NCBI GenBank assembly: GCA_973895155.1
Contig: OZ316896.1
Span: 18,216,754 to 18,280,753, forward strand
Direction: 5' to 3'
DNA from: Marsupella aquatica
Taxonomy: Eukaryota > Plantae > Marchantiophyta
DNA: 64,000 bases
Under the pieces are notes generated by a model. That model was not told where the DNA came from. It searched no databases and saw only the letters and a list, made by a program, of their open reading frames with translations. The translations under genes were made by a program, and so were the position numbers. This document shows, in pieces, positions 24,970 through 36,597 of the stretch (its first letter is position 1; every line of letters starts with the position of its first letter).

Positions 24970-26429
24970 ATGGCAGACTCCGCCAGCAGAGGGAACGGAG
25001 GGATGGTGGAAGAGATCTCCAAGTTGAGCGTGGAGCAGCTCGGAGCGGTGAAGGAGCAGGTGGACGCGGAGCTGAACATGCTGCAGAACAGCGTTACCAG
25101 CATTCGTACAGCGGCCAACCGCTTCGAGATGGCAGCCAATGCGCTGCGCAACCTCTGCTTGCAAAAGGAGGGTGAGCTTGCGTCTCTTCCCTGTCTCTCT
25201 ATCTGCTCTCTTCTCCTCCTCTTCAGGGCGTTGGCTGGTCAGCAACAGGGTTGAAAGAAATGCACGTACATCATGAAGCGGCTTCTCGACCTACTAATGA
25301 ACGATGACTATGAAAAGGAGATGAAGCAATCTTTCTGTGCTTGGTTTCCGGTCCTTGGTGAGGTTTCTTAGGTCAGAAAATAAGCAATGCACATTCATCT
25401 CAGCCTCAAGGGTTTGTTAATGGTAGATAAATCTTTCAGTTCTTTGACTTTCAGAGCTTGGGTTGAATTCTTAGGTCAGAAAATGCTCGTGCCTTTGACG
25501 GCATCGCTCTATGTGCCCGGTCAGTTGGAGAATGTGGACAGAGTGCTCGTGGACGTCGGCACTGGCTACTACATTGAGGCACGCACCTAAACCCTATACA
25601 TGCACCCATAATAAGGGCTTATGATTCTTGTTGTTAGGGTTCTTGAATGTTACGATAGTTTCCTTTCTTGTGGCGTAGTAGCTCGAAATTTGGAGCGGCG
25701 AATTATGTCCACGGGTTTAAGGGAATGGATATGCTCTCATGTCAACCATGATCTTGGACTTGAGAATTAGCTCAACTTGCATGGGCACAGAGCAGTGAGC
25801 ATAGGCCACAGGTTCCTCGTTTACTGGCTCACGTCCTACACGAATTGAGACACACTTTCATGGAATCTGTTTGTCTTGAAGGTCAATACCTTCAACTGAA
25901 TATAATGTTCATTAACAGATTACTGCTCCGCTCACTGCAAAAGTTTTCTATACGATTTGTTTCGTTCGGTGTGTCTTGGCTTTTGTCTCTGCACTATGAA
26001 CGTTTGGTGTAGGGTCTGACGGGCATCGTTTCTGGTTTTGATTGTCTCACAGAAAACTGTACCAGAAGGGTCAGATTACTGTGATCGTAAAATCAAGTTT
26101 TTGAAGGCGAACCATGACAAGTTGGTGGAGGTAATTGGCCGTCAACAAAAGCATGTTAAGTAGGAATGATTTAAAATTCGGGAGGGCTCTAGAGCAGATC
26201 AGAATTTCTGGCTGTATTTTCGTGACATGAGTCTACCGCTGGACCTACTTGTGGCAGAACTCTTAGATGTTTAGATCAAATTGCTTGGATATTGAGGACC
26301 GAACATGATCAACAAGCGCCTGCTCGTTTCTGACAGGTAGCAAATGACAAGAGGAACACCGCAGAGCAGGTGTCATTGGTATTGAATGCAAAGATGAGGG
26401 CACAAATGGCTAGTACCACCTCGGAGTAG
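24970..26429 (+). CDS. PFD5: Prefoldin subunit 5 (alpha-type), 158 aa; exons 24970-25171, 25475-25578, 26053-26130, 26337-26429
   Basis: The spliced product contains [42 protein letters not shown]. Intron phases are consistent and intron 2 is GC-AG. Confidence 0.93.
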
Positions 26430-26711
26430 CAAAGTCAAGGTGGGTCTTTATTGGTCTTTTATCTATATCAACTTGGATTTTCAGTTCTAACCTCAAATTT
26501 AATCCATATCACCAGAAGATATTCAATGGGGTCTTTGGAGCAGTATACCCGTTCCACTAAATTTTGTTCTTGCTAGGATTTGTTTCGTAGGTCATTCATT
26601 ACAATGGGTTCACTGCAGGCAGTCCCGCATTTAATTAAAAAGCTCATATCACGACAATAAGAACTTGTCATGCAAATGATGTAGCTTTCCAACGGTTGTC
26701 ACAATGCTCTT

Positions 26712-28740
26712 TCAAATTGTCAGATGATTGGCACGTTCCTGTTGCAGAAAATCGGCGATTATCTGCTGCTGTTTTTCCTGGCAGGACCGAGTGAATGAAT
26801 AAATGATCGAGTTAAGAAAACTTCTCAGGAGAACAACACTGTTGCTATTGGATCCAGGGCTTGATGGCAACAAGTCGTCCAGAAATTGACATAATATTAT
26901 GTAGTAGTCTCGTGCAGGAAAAATGGAAACGACTCCATCGTTGATCATGGCGAAAGAGTGGAGGGATGCAGAAGCAAATCTGGATGGTCGCTGGACCCTC
27001 GAAGTTCAAAGAACTAGCAGTGTCGGCTGGAGATAGAATGGAGATGCCAACAGGTCTGGCCGAACAGCAGAGCAATTGAAGTCAACTCTTACACTCTATA
27101 CACTCCAGAAGTAGCTCCCGGCCCATTGGTGGCCATTTCCGTCAACCTCACCTTTGCTGAGCATCTGCATTGCATGGCCGTAGTCAGCAAGGATCGTTGA
27201 TGTACCCAACCTGTTGAAGGAAGGCCTTGTCTTGACTTCAGTAGGTTGAAGATGTCTGACTCGTACACAATTATTTCATCAGAATCATGGATTATTTTAT
27301 CTGTTCATGGTTTCTTGCTAACTTGTTGTTCAGTAAAATCCTTATCGCTGGATCGATTCCACGATTACTCAAGACCACGCATACTATTGATCTGAGCGTT
27401 TGCCTGTTCCATCTTGCGAAATGCTTGCCTCTGTCAAGACATTGTAGCATAATCAAAGAGGTCGGAAGTGACGAAACAATACAGAGGCCATAATACTCTT
27501 TGCCAGTGCAGTCAAGAGCAGGAGGTAATTGATGCACTAGAACTAACATTTTGTAACCCATCTAGTCCGGATCTCTACATAGAAGCGCTTCGGGAGAACT
27601 GGATTCAATAGAATTATCCACTATGTCAAAGTCGCCATTGAAAAGGGTTAGCACGAAATTGAAGAATTTCTGTATAGCCCTTATCCAAAGGATAAATTCC
27701 CTATCTATCTACTGTACTGCCTTAGTGAGATCGCTTTCAAATGTTGGAGGATGTGCTGTCAAACCATGCAATTGCCATTTCTTGGCACTGATTCTTATGG
27801 AATTGAAGGCCAACCAGAAGTCCAGCCAAATCCCATCTCAGGATACCGCAAAGCAACAGCAAGCACGAAGGCGATGTGGGCACCCTGTGTGCAAGCACCT
27901 TTGTTTTGTACTGCTCTCGGTGTTCTCCAGTGGACAGAAAGTAAGAAGGTTCGAAATGAGCGAAGAAGGGATAGAATGTCGCAAAAATAGACCTGATACC
28001 GCTCATACAATAAGTGCTCTGGCCAGCCATAAGGGTACCAGGTTCGTAAGTGAGACCTTTGGTCCCAGCTCAATCTTCGGCTTTATACAGGTGAGCTTGG
28101 TGGGTGAGTGGAATTGTGTCCTACTTCTCTGCCATACGTCACTCAGCTGCTGAAGACGAGGATTAGGAAAAACTGACCGCTGGTGAGTTCATAGAAGCTC
28201 GAAACGCCAGGTTCACTGAAGCACACAGTCGATTACCTCGTCTGCCTACCATCTCTCCATTATGTGGCCGTTGGTAGATTGATCGCTTTCCCAGTAGAGA
28301 TTAACCAAATTCCTCGGTCATACCCAGCACGTTGAATCTTCGAGCTCATAACTCAATTCACTTAGTATTCCACGCCCACACCATGATGCTAGAGATTCTA
28401 GTGGTACAACATTAAAAAGCATTCAGCCGTCTAGTACTAGTTTCAGCTTTTCGCGAGAGCCAACTTTCGATCTTTGCTGAAATTGTGTATACCTGCGCGT
28501 CTGGATCAGGCTAACGAAGCCGGACTCGTCGAAAAGATTCAACAGAACCACAATCTCTTCAGATCAACGTAGATTATCTGACTGGGAGCGTTGCCGCCTC
28601 ATCCGCCAGCATGACTCGAATGTCATACTCATGGAAGCGAATGACATAGTCAATATGGAGGTAAATCGTCTGGCTTGGCCCGGACCCCGACAGTCGAGGC
28701 TAGCCACTTTCTTCAAGAACAACATGAGCTCATGAGATAC
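26712..28740 (-). pseudogene. Possible decayed multi-exon gene of unknown family
   Basis: Protein-like minus-strand segments (IYLHIDYVIRFHEYDIRVMLADE; EEIVVLLNLFDESGFVSLIQ; RTWYPYGWPEHLLYERYQ; AFVLAVALRYP/GIWLDFW; DKIIHDSDEIIVYESDIFNLL) are separated by GT..AG-like gaps and broken by stops and frameshifts. Confidence 0.35.
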
Positions 28741-29707
28741 TGTAAAGCCTTCAGCTCATGAGATACCTTCAGCTCATGAGATACTGTAAAACCTTCAGCT
28801 CATGGTAAATTTGGATAATGGAGGGTCGCATAATAGGTGCAAACAAGCTCATTGGCGGTCTCCAGCGAGGGCTCCAAGATGAAGCAGGGAAACAGTTGGA
28901 TTCGAACGATGGTTTTACATTAACGAGTACAAAGAATTCCATTCCAAGAAACAGAACAGCTACTAACAGCAATGCTGACTCAAATACGTTGAGAGCAAGA
29001 GAGAGAGAAAGAGAAAGCTACTGCACTGTAGTTTAAGGAAGCCATGATATATATGTGCTTGAAGCTCGTACGAGAAATACGCTTGGAGACTTGATGAATT
29101 GCTGCCATTGCATCATTGACAGAGAGATAGAAAGAGGGGGGAATATTCAATTTAGCGTGACAAACATTCCGCTGGCTGCAGTCACATGACGTGGGGTGGA
29201 ATTTCGCATGCTAATGCAGCAGGGAAGAATTGTCGGGTAAGCTCCACTTCCCGTTGTCAACAGCATTCAGCACTACATCCTAGGAGCAAGCTCTTCACTA
29301 TCTATAAAATCAGGGCTAGGCGCAGTGACCTCAGTCGCTATCATGTCACAGTTAGGAAGGTGCCTAGCCAGCCCCATGGACCCATTATATCCGTCGTTGG
29401 TGAGAAGATATCTAGAATTGCTGCTACAAACAACACTTCTTTATCTCTCTTGAAGCAAAAACCGGGCAGAGATGCGTGAATTTTGCTGCATGTAATCTGC
29501 TCTACAATACCAAACACCCCAGAAATCTTGCATTGGAGTATCATGATCGCTACAAGCTTTAAACCACGCTCAGCAGAAGATCAGCTGAAAAAAATTAAAC
29601 CTGTGCAACTCCCGCTACGTCGCTAATGAGATATTGTTGACCGAGAATAGTATCTACGTCTGTCCTCGGATCCAATCCACCATTTCATTAAAAAGTACAT
29701 CCATCGC

Positions 29708-30349
29708 TTACCATCTCCAGACCATCCCCAAGCGCTGAAAAAAGCTAAACAAACTGCCCTTCGGTACATACCCCGCAAACTTCGCCTGCCACCAGGCCGC
29801 AAAACTCCCCCCAATGGGGCCCAACTCCCCAAATCCCAGCGCCTCTACCGCCCACGGCGCCAAGCAGACCAACAAGCCCAATGTAAGAAGTGTCACATAC
29901 ACCGGATTCTCCTTCGCAAAACCGACCACTTCCTGCGCCATTTGTGTCAACACAGATGCCACCTTGTGGTATGCATCAGCCATCGCGCTGCCCATGGGCG
30001 CCCCCGCCTCGAGCAAATTCTCGAGGGCGGTCTCAAGGCCGGAGAAGACTGCGAGGGCAAAGCTTTCTATCCAGCCATTTGCGCTGAACTCTTGGTCGTT
30101 GTCAATCTTGGGGACGAGAGACTGGAGTTGAGACGCGAGCTGGGGGTCGCCATCGGAGCTGGTTAGCAGAGTTTCGAGGACGGCCTCGGCAATCTTGCGA
30201 GTTTTCTGGTCGATAGCGTTGGGCCGCTGAGCGATGTATTCGAGTGAGGCGTTGCGTGAGTCGACGTTGCATAATTTGCGGTCGAGGGTGGTGCTCGGCT
30301 CGTTTGGGCCGACGAAGCGGGTAAGGATGGAGTTGAAGAAGGTAAACAT
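29708..30349 (-). CDS. Fungal-type hypothetical membrane protein (213 aa) with IFI27/ISG12-like C-terminal motif; candidate horizontal transfer
   Basis: Intact GC-rich ORF with ATG in a CACAATG context. The C-terminus LGFGELGPIGGSFAAWWQAKFAGYVPKGSLFSFFQRLGM matches my recollection of an ascomycete family. An upstream branch point, pyrimidine tract and AG suggest a 5'-UTR intron. Confidence 0.8.
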   Translation of the reverse strand: MFTFFNSILTRFVGPNEPSTTLDRKLCNVDSRNASLEYIAQRPNAIDQKTRKIAEAVLETLLTSSDGDPQLASQLQSLVPKIDNDQEFSANGWIESFALAVFSGLETALENLLEAGAPMGSAMADAYHKVASVLTQMAQEVVGFAKENPVYVTLLTLGLLVCLAPWAVEALGFGELGPIGGSFAAWWQAKFAGYVPKGSLFSFFQRLGMVWRW

Positions 30350-30459
30350 TGTGTTGTGGTTTTGCTTGTTCTTCGATGTGGACACAGAGCTTCTGTCAAT
30401 CAGAAAGAAGAGAAGAAGAATTGATTAGTAACGATGAGCGAGACGATGAGGAAGTATCG

Positions 30460-30850
30460 GATGCTTTCAATTCAAGTGCCTTCAATGCTCCAACCTTTAA
30501 TCACAGTGAGAATGTATACATTTCAAGATCACTCCTCATGATTGTATTGACGAGATGCAGAGGTAGTGGATGCTTTCAAATGCCTTGAACGCTCGAACTT
30601 TCATCACAGTGGGAATGTATTCATTTCAAGAGCACTACTCAGGAGTGTATTGAAGAGATGAGGAGGTAGTGGATGCTTTCAAATGCCTTGAATGCTCGAA
30701 CCTTTCTTCACAGTGAGAATATATACATTTCAAGATCATTTCTCAGGCGTGAATTGACCTCTAGTACGTCAAAGTACAACTTAAACGAGAATGCTCGAAC
30801 TTTTCCTCACAGTGAGAATGTATACATTTCAAGATCATCCCTCAGGGCTG
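30460..30850. repeat. ~103-bp degenerate tandem repeat (3-4 units) upstream of the fungal-type gene
   Basis: Recurrent gctcgaac..tcacagtg(a/g)gaat(g/a)tat..atttcaaga. Confidence 0.8.
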
Positions 30851-33429
30851 GCGTGAATGACCTCAAGTACATCATATTACAAATTCAAGACCGTTCAGCC
30901 GTTTCGTTTCGTTTCGTTGAAGGATACATTATGATCGTGAACATTATGATACGTTTCACGATCATTCCTCTGAGGAGTTCGAAGTCTCTGCAAGGTTTCA
31001 ATTGCTTCGACAGACTGTTCTTTCGATCAAGAAGGAGTTTGAACGTGGGCGAATTGTGTTCGACTATCATATCATGCAGATCAAGATTGGAGCCATGCGG
31101 AGAGCTAGCTCAAGGACAGTTCAAAGCATTTCATCTAATTCCCGAGTTTTAGCTATCGCCTTTTAAATACAATGCCATTAAAGATGTTCATATTTACAGC
31201 ACCTAACTTCTTATTGTATATACAATTATGCCACACTTTTAGTATAGGGTTCTTCTGGTTGTGTTGGTGAACTTGTCATTCATATAAGTCTGTGTTGGTG
31301 AACTTGTCATTCATATAAGTCCCTGACATATGTGTAAATACAAAAAAATGTGTGACATTAATATCTTTAGTGGCAAAGTACTAAAAAGATGTTTGAGCTA
31401 TACATGCTTTTTAGTTTGCAGTCTTTGGTTCTTTTCAATTCAATTCAGTATAGCTATAGCTGTAGTTATTTTCAATTGTTGGATTCTCTCAAGCTTTTTG
31501 GCTTACTTAGCTTTTTGGTCTTCTTGGGTTTTTCCTTTGTTTTATCCCCTTTGTTATTAGTAAGTCTCAAAACTGCTTGGGTTTTGTTCTTGTTTTCTCC
31601 CCCCTTATTATTACTGAGTTTCCATTTTTTCAGTCAGCCTCTGCGAGAAATATAGGGGTCTACAACTCTGACAAAAACCTAACTTGCAGGCAAACTGAAT
31701 CTATGGGTTCTTTTGGGTTTGGGACTTGGCTTGCAAAGGGTTCGACATGCTCCTTCGGGTCAATCATTTGGGCACCATTGATTCTTGAATGGCGCTGTAG
31801 CATATTGTGTGGACCATTTTTTTTGCATACAATGGTGCACTGAACACCCGAGTTGTTGAAGGTCACATATTGCAGGAACCTTTTCTTCGTGACCCAGCCC
31901 TGCAGCAGCTGCAGTTTGGTCACTTGAAACCGGGAATGAGCTGGTCTGAGATGCCCTATCAGTTGTCCACCCATTTGCTTCCAATTTTCTCACCCTTACC
32001 TGGTCTCCTCTCTGTCTCCTCCTGCTTTTTGCTCCTTGGTATTGTTAGACATAATTACTCTAATCCAGTAGAATTTTTGCACATTCCGGACACAGGGTTA
32101 TAAAGTAACTACAACCCCTGCCCGGACATCGGTTTCCTTCATAATTTTTGGCTGGATATCTGACCTTAAGTTTTGAGCACAAGATTATGAGATTACAGGG
32201 AGTAGAAGTTTCACCAACCGGATAACCTTTGTTATGTACAAAAGTTACAAATGCCAGTCACCATGCCAATTACATTTTTTGCAAGTGATAAGTTAGAGGA
32301 TGGACTTATTTGCCTCCATTAAGAAAAGCATTGTGTGAAAAAGTGAACTCTCCTTGTTTGTTCATTAAACATTATGCTCACTAGTATGAATGCTTGAGTT
32401 TTGCTCACAAATAGATGGTGAATAATATATAGCCATGCCCCTTTCCAGCTCCATCCCCAACTATAGCCAAGGCCCCAAATGCACAGTCTAGAGACTTCAT
32501 TCTAAATAGTAAGCTCTTATTCTAGCTTTTGATTACACTTTAGTAGAGAGATAACCCTCTCACTTGTTAGTAAACGACTTGAGTTCCCAATTTAGTTAGT
32601 TTGGTCTTACTAGAGTTAGTTAACCCTTGATTACATTAGTATAAACTTTGCTTAAATTAGGCCCACACATCTCAGCCCCCCTTGAGGGTATAGGTTGGAA
32701 GGAGAACATTCTCTCTCATTTTTCACATGGATCCTTCAGGAGTTTCTCCACTTGTGGTGTCTTGTTGGTGTAGCGTGTGATCAAGTGTCTGTTGATCTCA
32801 TGTTTCTGCATTTGTTGTCTAGTTTGAGCTGACTATTTCTTACATCACTATGGTAAACTCTATGTATGAATCTTCTTAAGTAGAGAGGCTTAAGAGAAGA
32901 TTTTAAAAAGCATTTTGCCAATATTTTCATTGAAGGTTATCATCACTAGCCTAAATGCTAGAGCTTTGCAAGGATATTTGTCATGGGTTGACAATTCTCC
33001 TCAAATCTAGGGAATTCTAATGGTGACGAAGTGATGACAGAGAATATGATGGATTAAAAACATTTCCAGCATCTTCTCCGTTTGAGAAGGTGACATTAGC
33101 TGCCTGGTAATATTGGGGGCCCATTCCTTCTTTTTGTAGATTAAATCTGGAGCAATCTGGAGGCATGACTTTGTGGCAACTCACTTGCGTAGAGACTTGA
33201 TAGGTCTTGGGTTCAACTGATGTGGGCTGACTGGGCTGACTCTTCCTTTTCTTTGAGATTTCACAGATTTAAGAAAAAAAAATTTAAAAAATCTGGAGCA
33301 TACAATGAGTCAAAATGGCTGCACTTGACTTTACAAGCACGCCCATTCAAGTATAGAGTGTGGGGGCCCATTGTTTCTTCCCATAGATTCAAGCTCCAGC
33401 ATACAATGATTAGAAATGGTTATAGTTGA

Positions 33430-33682
33430 CTTTACAAGAACAGCCCCTTCAAATATGGAGTCTACAAATCCTGCAAGAACTGCCCATTCAAATTATGTAC
33501 TCTACTATTACAAGAACAACCCATTCAAATATGGAGTCTACCATTCCTACCAGAACGGCCCATCAAATTATGTAGTCTACTACTACAAGAAGAACTCATT
33601 CAAATATGGAGTCTACCAATCCTACAAGAACGGCCCATTCAAAGTATCCTACATGATGGCTGGATTTGACTTTACAAGAACT
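33430..33682. repeat. ~35-40-bp degenerate tandem repeat
   Basis: tacaagaac..ccattcaaat(a/t)atg..gtctac repeated about 6 times. Confidence 0.75.
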
Positions 33683-33927
33683 AGTTGTCTATTAGTGTAT
33701 GGAGTGCTCTAGTTTAGAATTTTAGACCACCTCCAAAGGTAGTCCAAACATTCGAAACATTGCTTCCTTCATTCAAGGGATTTGCCTTTATTAAACTCCA
33801 TTTCAAAAGTTTTTTGGTATGAAGTCCATCTTTAGTACAAAGTGGTGGGCTTCAATTTGCTTTGGTGGAAAAAGTCATTCCCCTAGGCCAACTTGCATGT
33901 AGCTGCCCTCAACATTGCAGCCCTCAT

Positions 33928-34366
33928 TGTTGAGCATAGACGACGATCGCAACGGCAAGCCCATGAACCATCCAACGCACAATAGTCGACACAAGAGATA
34001 CGTGGTTCACCTCCTTGAGGCTATGTCCACGGGAACACACAAGAGAGCTTTACTGAACTCTAAGCCCGTCGGCTATACCGAGTCTCCACAGTGTAAGCTC
34101 TCCCTATCTCTCAAGTGGCTCCATAACAATGAGTCTTGGTTCTCCCTCTCCAAGCACACATGCCTCTTATGATATAGTGTGCAACTTAGTTGTACCTAAC
34201 CACATAGTTGTACCTAATCACGTAGTTGTACCTAACCACATAGTTGTACCTAATCACGTAGTTGTACCTAACCACATAGTTGTACCTAATCACGTAGTTG
34301 TACCAACCCACGTTGTTGTACCAACCACGTCATACCTAACCTAGACGTAAGAGTAAATACCCAACA
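33928..34366 (-). repeat. 3' LTR of the Copia element (439 bp)
   Basis: tgttgag...cccaaca, adjacent to the PPT and a direct repeat of 44679-45117. Confidence 0.96.
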
Positions 34367-34380
34367 ATCTTCCCCTTGAC
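34367..34380 (-). promoter_or_regulatory. Polypurine tract
   Basis: Minus strand GTCAAGGGGAAGAT immediately precedes the 3' LTR. Confidence 0.88.
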
Positions 34381-34556
34381 TCTGGTCTAGGGGAGAATAA
34401 TACTGCCAATGTATATGATCCCTCAGCGGGAAGTTCTGGACAAAAACCAAACCGGTTTCCCTCTCTAACTAGAGCAAACCAGAACTAAGCCGTAGCCTAA
34501 TACATAGGAATGAGGAAGAGCATATATCAGTAATTACAATGAATGTTAAGAAAACT

Positions 34557-36597
34557 CTACTTGTGATGCAATTGCAAAACCTGCAATACGTCACGGTGTC
34601 TAGAGAAACTCTCCAAAGGAATCACTTTGGTAAATGCGTCAGCCGGGTTGAGTTTACCATCAATCTTGACTAGCTCAAACAAATTATCAGACACAGCCTG
34701 CCTGATAAAATGGTACCTAACGTCAATGTGCTTCACTCTGCTGTCCATCACCTGGTTCACAGCAAGGTGGAGCGCACTTTGACTATCACAATGGAGCTTC
34801 ACATTCCCCTGTGGCAATCCCATTTCAGTGATAAGTCTATTCAACCAAATCGCTTCCTTTGTTGCTTCCGCAGCTGCAACATACTCCGCTTCTGTAGTAG
34901 ACTGAGCAATACACTTCTGCAAAGTAGACCTCCAACTTATGCATCCACCGCCAAGTGTGAACACGTATCCTGTTGTTGATCTCTTTCGGTCCAAATCTTG
35001 TCCATAGTCAGAATCAACATAGCCAATCAATGATTTAGCATTCTTTGCATTCGCATCAAATAAAAGACCATGATCCACGGTACCCTTCAAGTACCTGATA
35101 ATCCACTTCACTGCTTCCCAATGTACCTTCCCTGGATTCGACATGTACCTGCTCACCTTGCCCATAGCCATGGCAAGATCAGGTCTAGTGCAAGTCATCA
35201 AATACATGAGACTCCCCACTGCCTTGTCATACGGAACCTTTGACATCAACCCCTTCTCTGTGTCATCCGTATGACAGAATGCTGATGATAACTTGAAGTG
35301 TGGAGCCAACGGGGTACTTACTGGTTTGCTATTCCCCATGTTGAACCTTGCAATTACCTTCCTCGCATAACTGCTCTGCGTCAACCATAGCTTGCCAGCC
35401 TCCAAGTCCCTAGTGATCTCCATACCCAAAATCCTCTTAGCTGGCCCTAAGTCCTTCATCTTAAACTCTGCACTAAGCAGTGCCTTGAGCTTAACAATCT
35501 CAGACCTATCCTTGGCTGCAATTAGCATATCATCCACATAAAGTACTAAAACAATGAACCCAAAGACAACATTATTTACCGGTTTCAAATACACACAAGG
35601 GTCAAATACACTTCTGTGAAAACCTTGTGACCGAATCCAATCGTCAAACCGCTTGTTCCACTGTCTTGGTGACTGCTTCAACCCATACAAGGATTTCAGC
35701 AATCTGCAAACCAATTCCTCCTGTCCTCTCTTCACAAAACCTAGTGGTTGTCTCATGAAGATCACCTCTTCCAATGTGCCATAGAGGAAAGCTGTGACAA
35801 CATCCATCTGATCTAGCAGCAGACCAAACATTACAACAAGTACACACAATAGTCGTATTGTAGAGTACTTAGCAACTGGTGAGAAGACCTCATTGTAATC
35901 CACACCTTTCTCTTGTGTGAATCCCTTTGCTATCAATCTAGCCTTGTAGACCTTCGATCCACCTCCTATAGAATTAACTTTTAACTTGTAAATCCACTTG
36001 CTGTCCACCACTTGCTGACCCTTAGGCAGCTTAACAAGCTCCCAAGTTTTGTTGTCCTTTAGTGACTGCATCTTCGTTTGCATTGCTGCAGTCCACTTCT
36101 GCTTCTCCTTTGAAGCACTTGCCTCATGAAATGAAGAAGGTTCCCCTTCTTCCAAAATTAACGCATCACCCTCATCATCAGTTGTAAAATCATCCTCTTG
36201 CAGTTGAGATGAATCAACCCACTGTCCATACCTTGGTGGAGCGCGTACAGTGCGACCAGATGTTCTTCTAGCCGATGACTCCGGTTGATCTGCGTGTGCT
36301 GGTACAATTTGAAGCTCAACAGCATCCACTTGCTGCTCACCAGCATCAACAAACTCCTCTGGTTCCTCTGGCACAGGAACCAGCTCCATAATTGGAGCAA
36401 CTCCTTCTCTCCGGTCATGCACCTCATAACCAATCTCCCCCTCAACGAGATCCGGGATAGGAGATTTTCCTTTGTCAGTACGGGAGACCTGAGTATTCTC
36501 CCCCTCCTTCAATAATCTGGATTCATTGAAGGAAACATCCCTACTGACAACGAGCTTACAGGCAATAGGATCCCATAGCCTATAGGCTTTCACACCA
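34557..36597 (-). CDS. pol: Copia pol, 3' part: integrase C-terminus, reverse transcriptase and RNase H
   Basis: KAYRLWD, YKARLIAKGFTQ, QMDVVTAFL, KSLYGLKQSPRQW, YVDDML, STTEAEY, KHIDVRYHFIR, ADAFTK. Joins the 5' part in frame once the insert is removed. Confidence 0.96.

Noticed and set aside
32290-32990. Traces of Copia RT/RNaseH motifs (NAFLNG-like, A.IF-like)
   Set aside because: Too short, on inconsistent strands and too degenerate to support a feature.
34129-34344. ORF with (VVPNH[I/V])n repeats, and its twin at 44880-45095
   Set aside because: Translation artefact of the 18-bp LTR tandem repeat.
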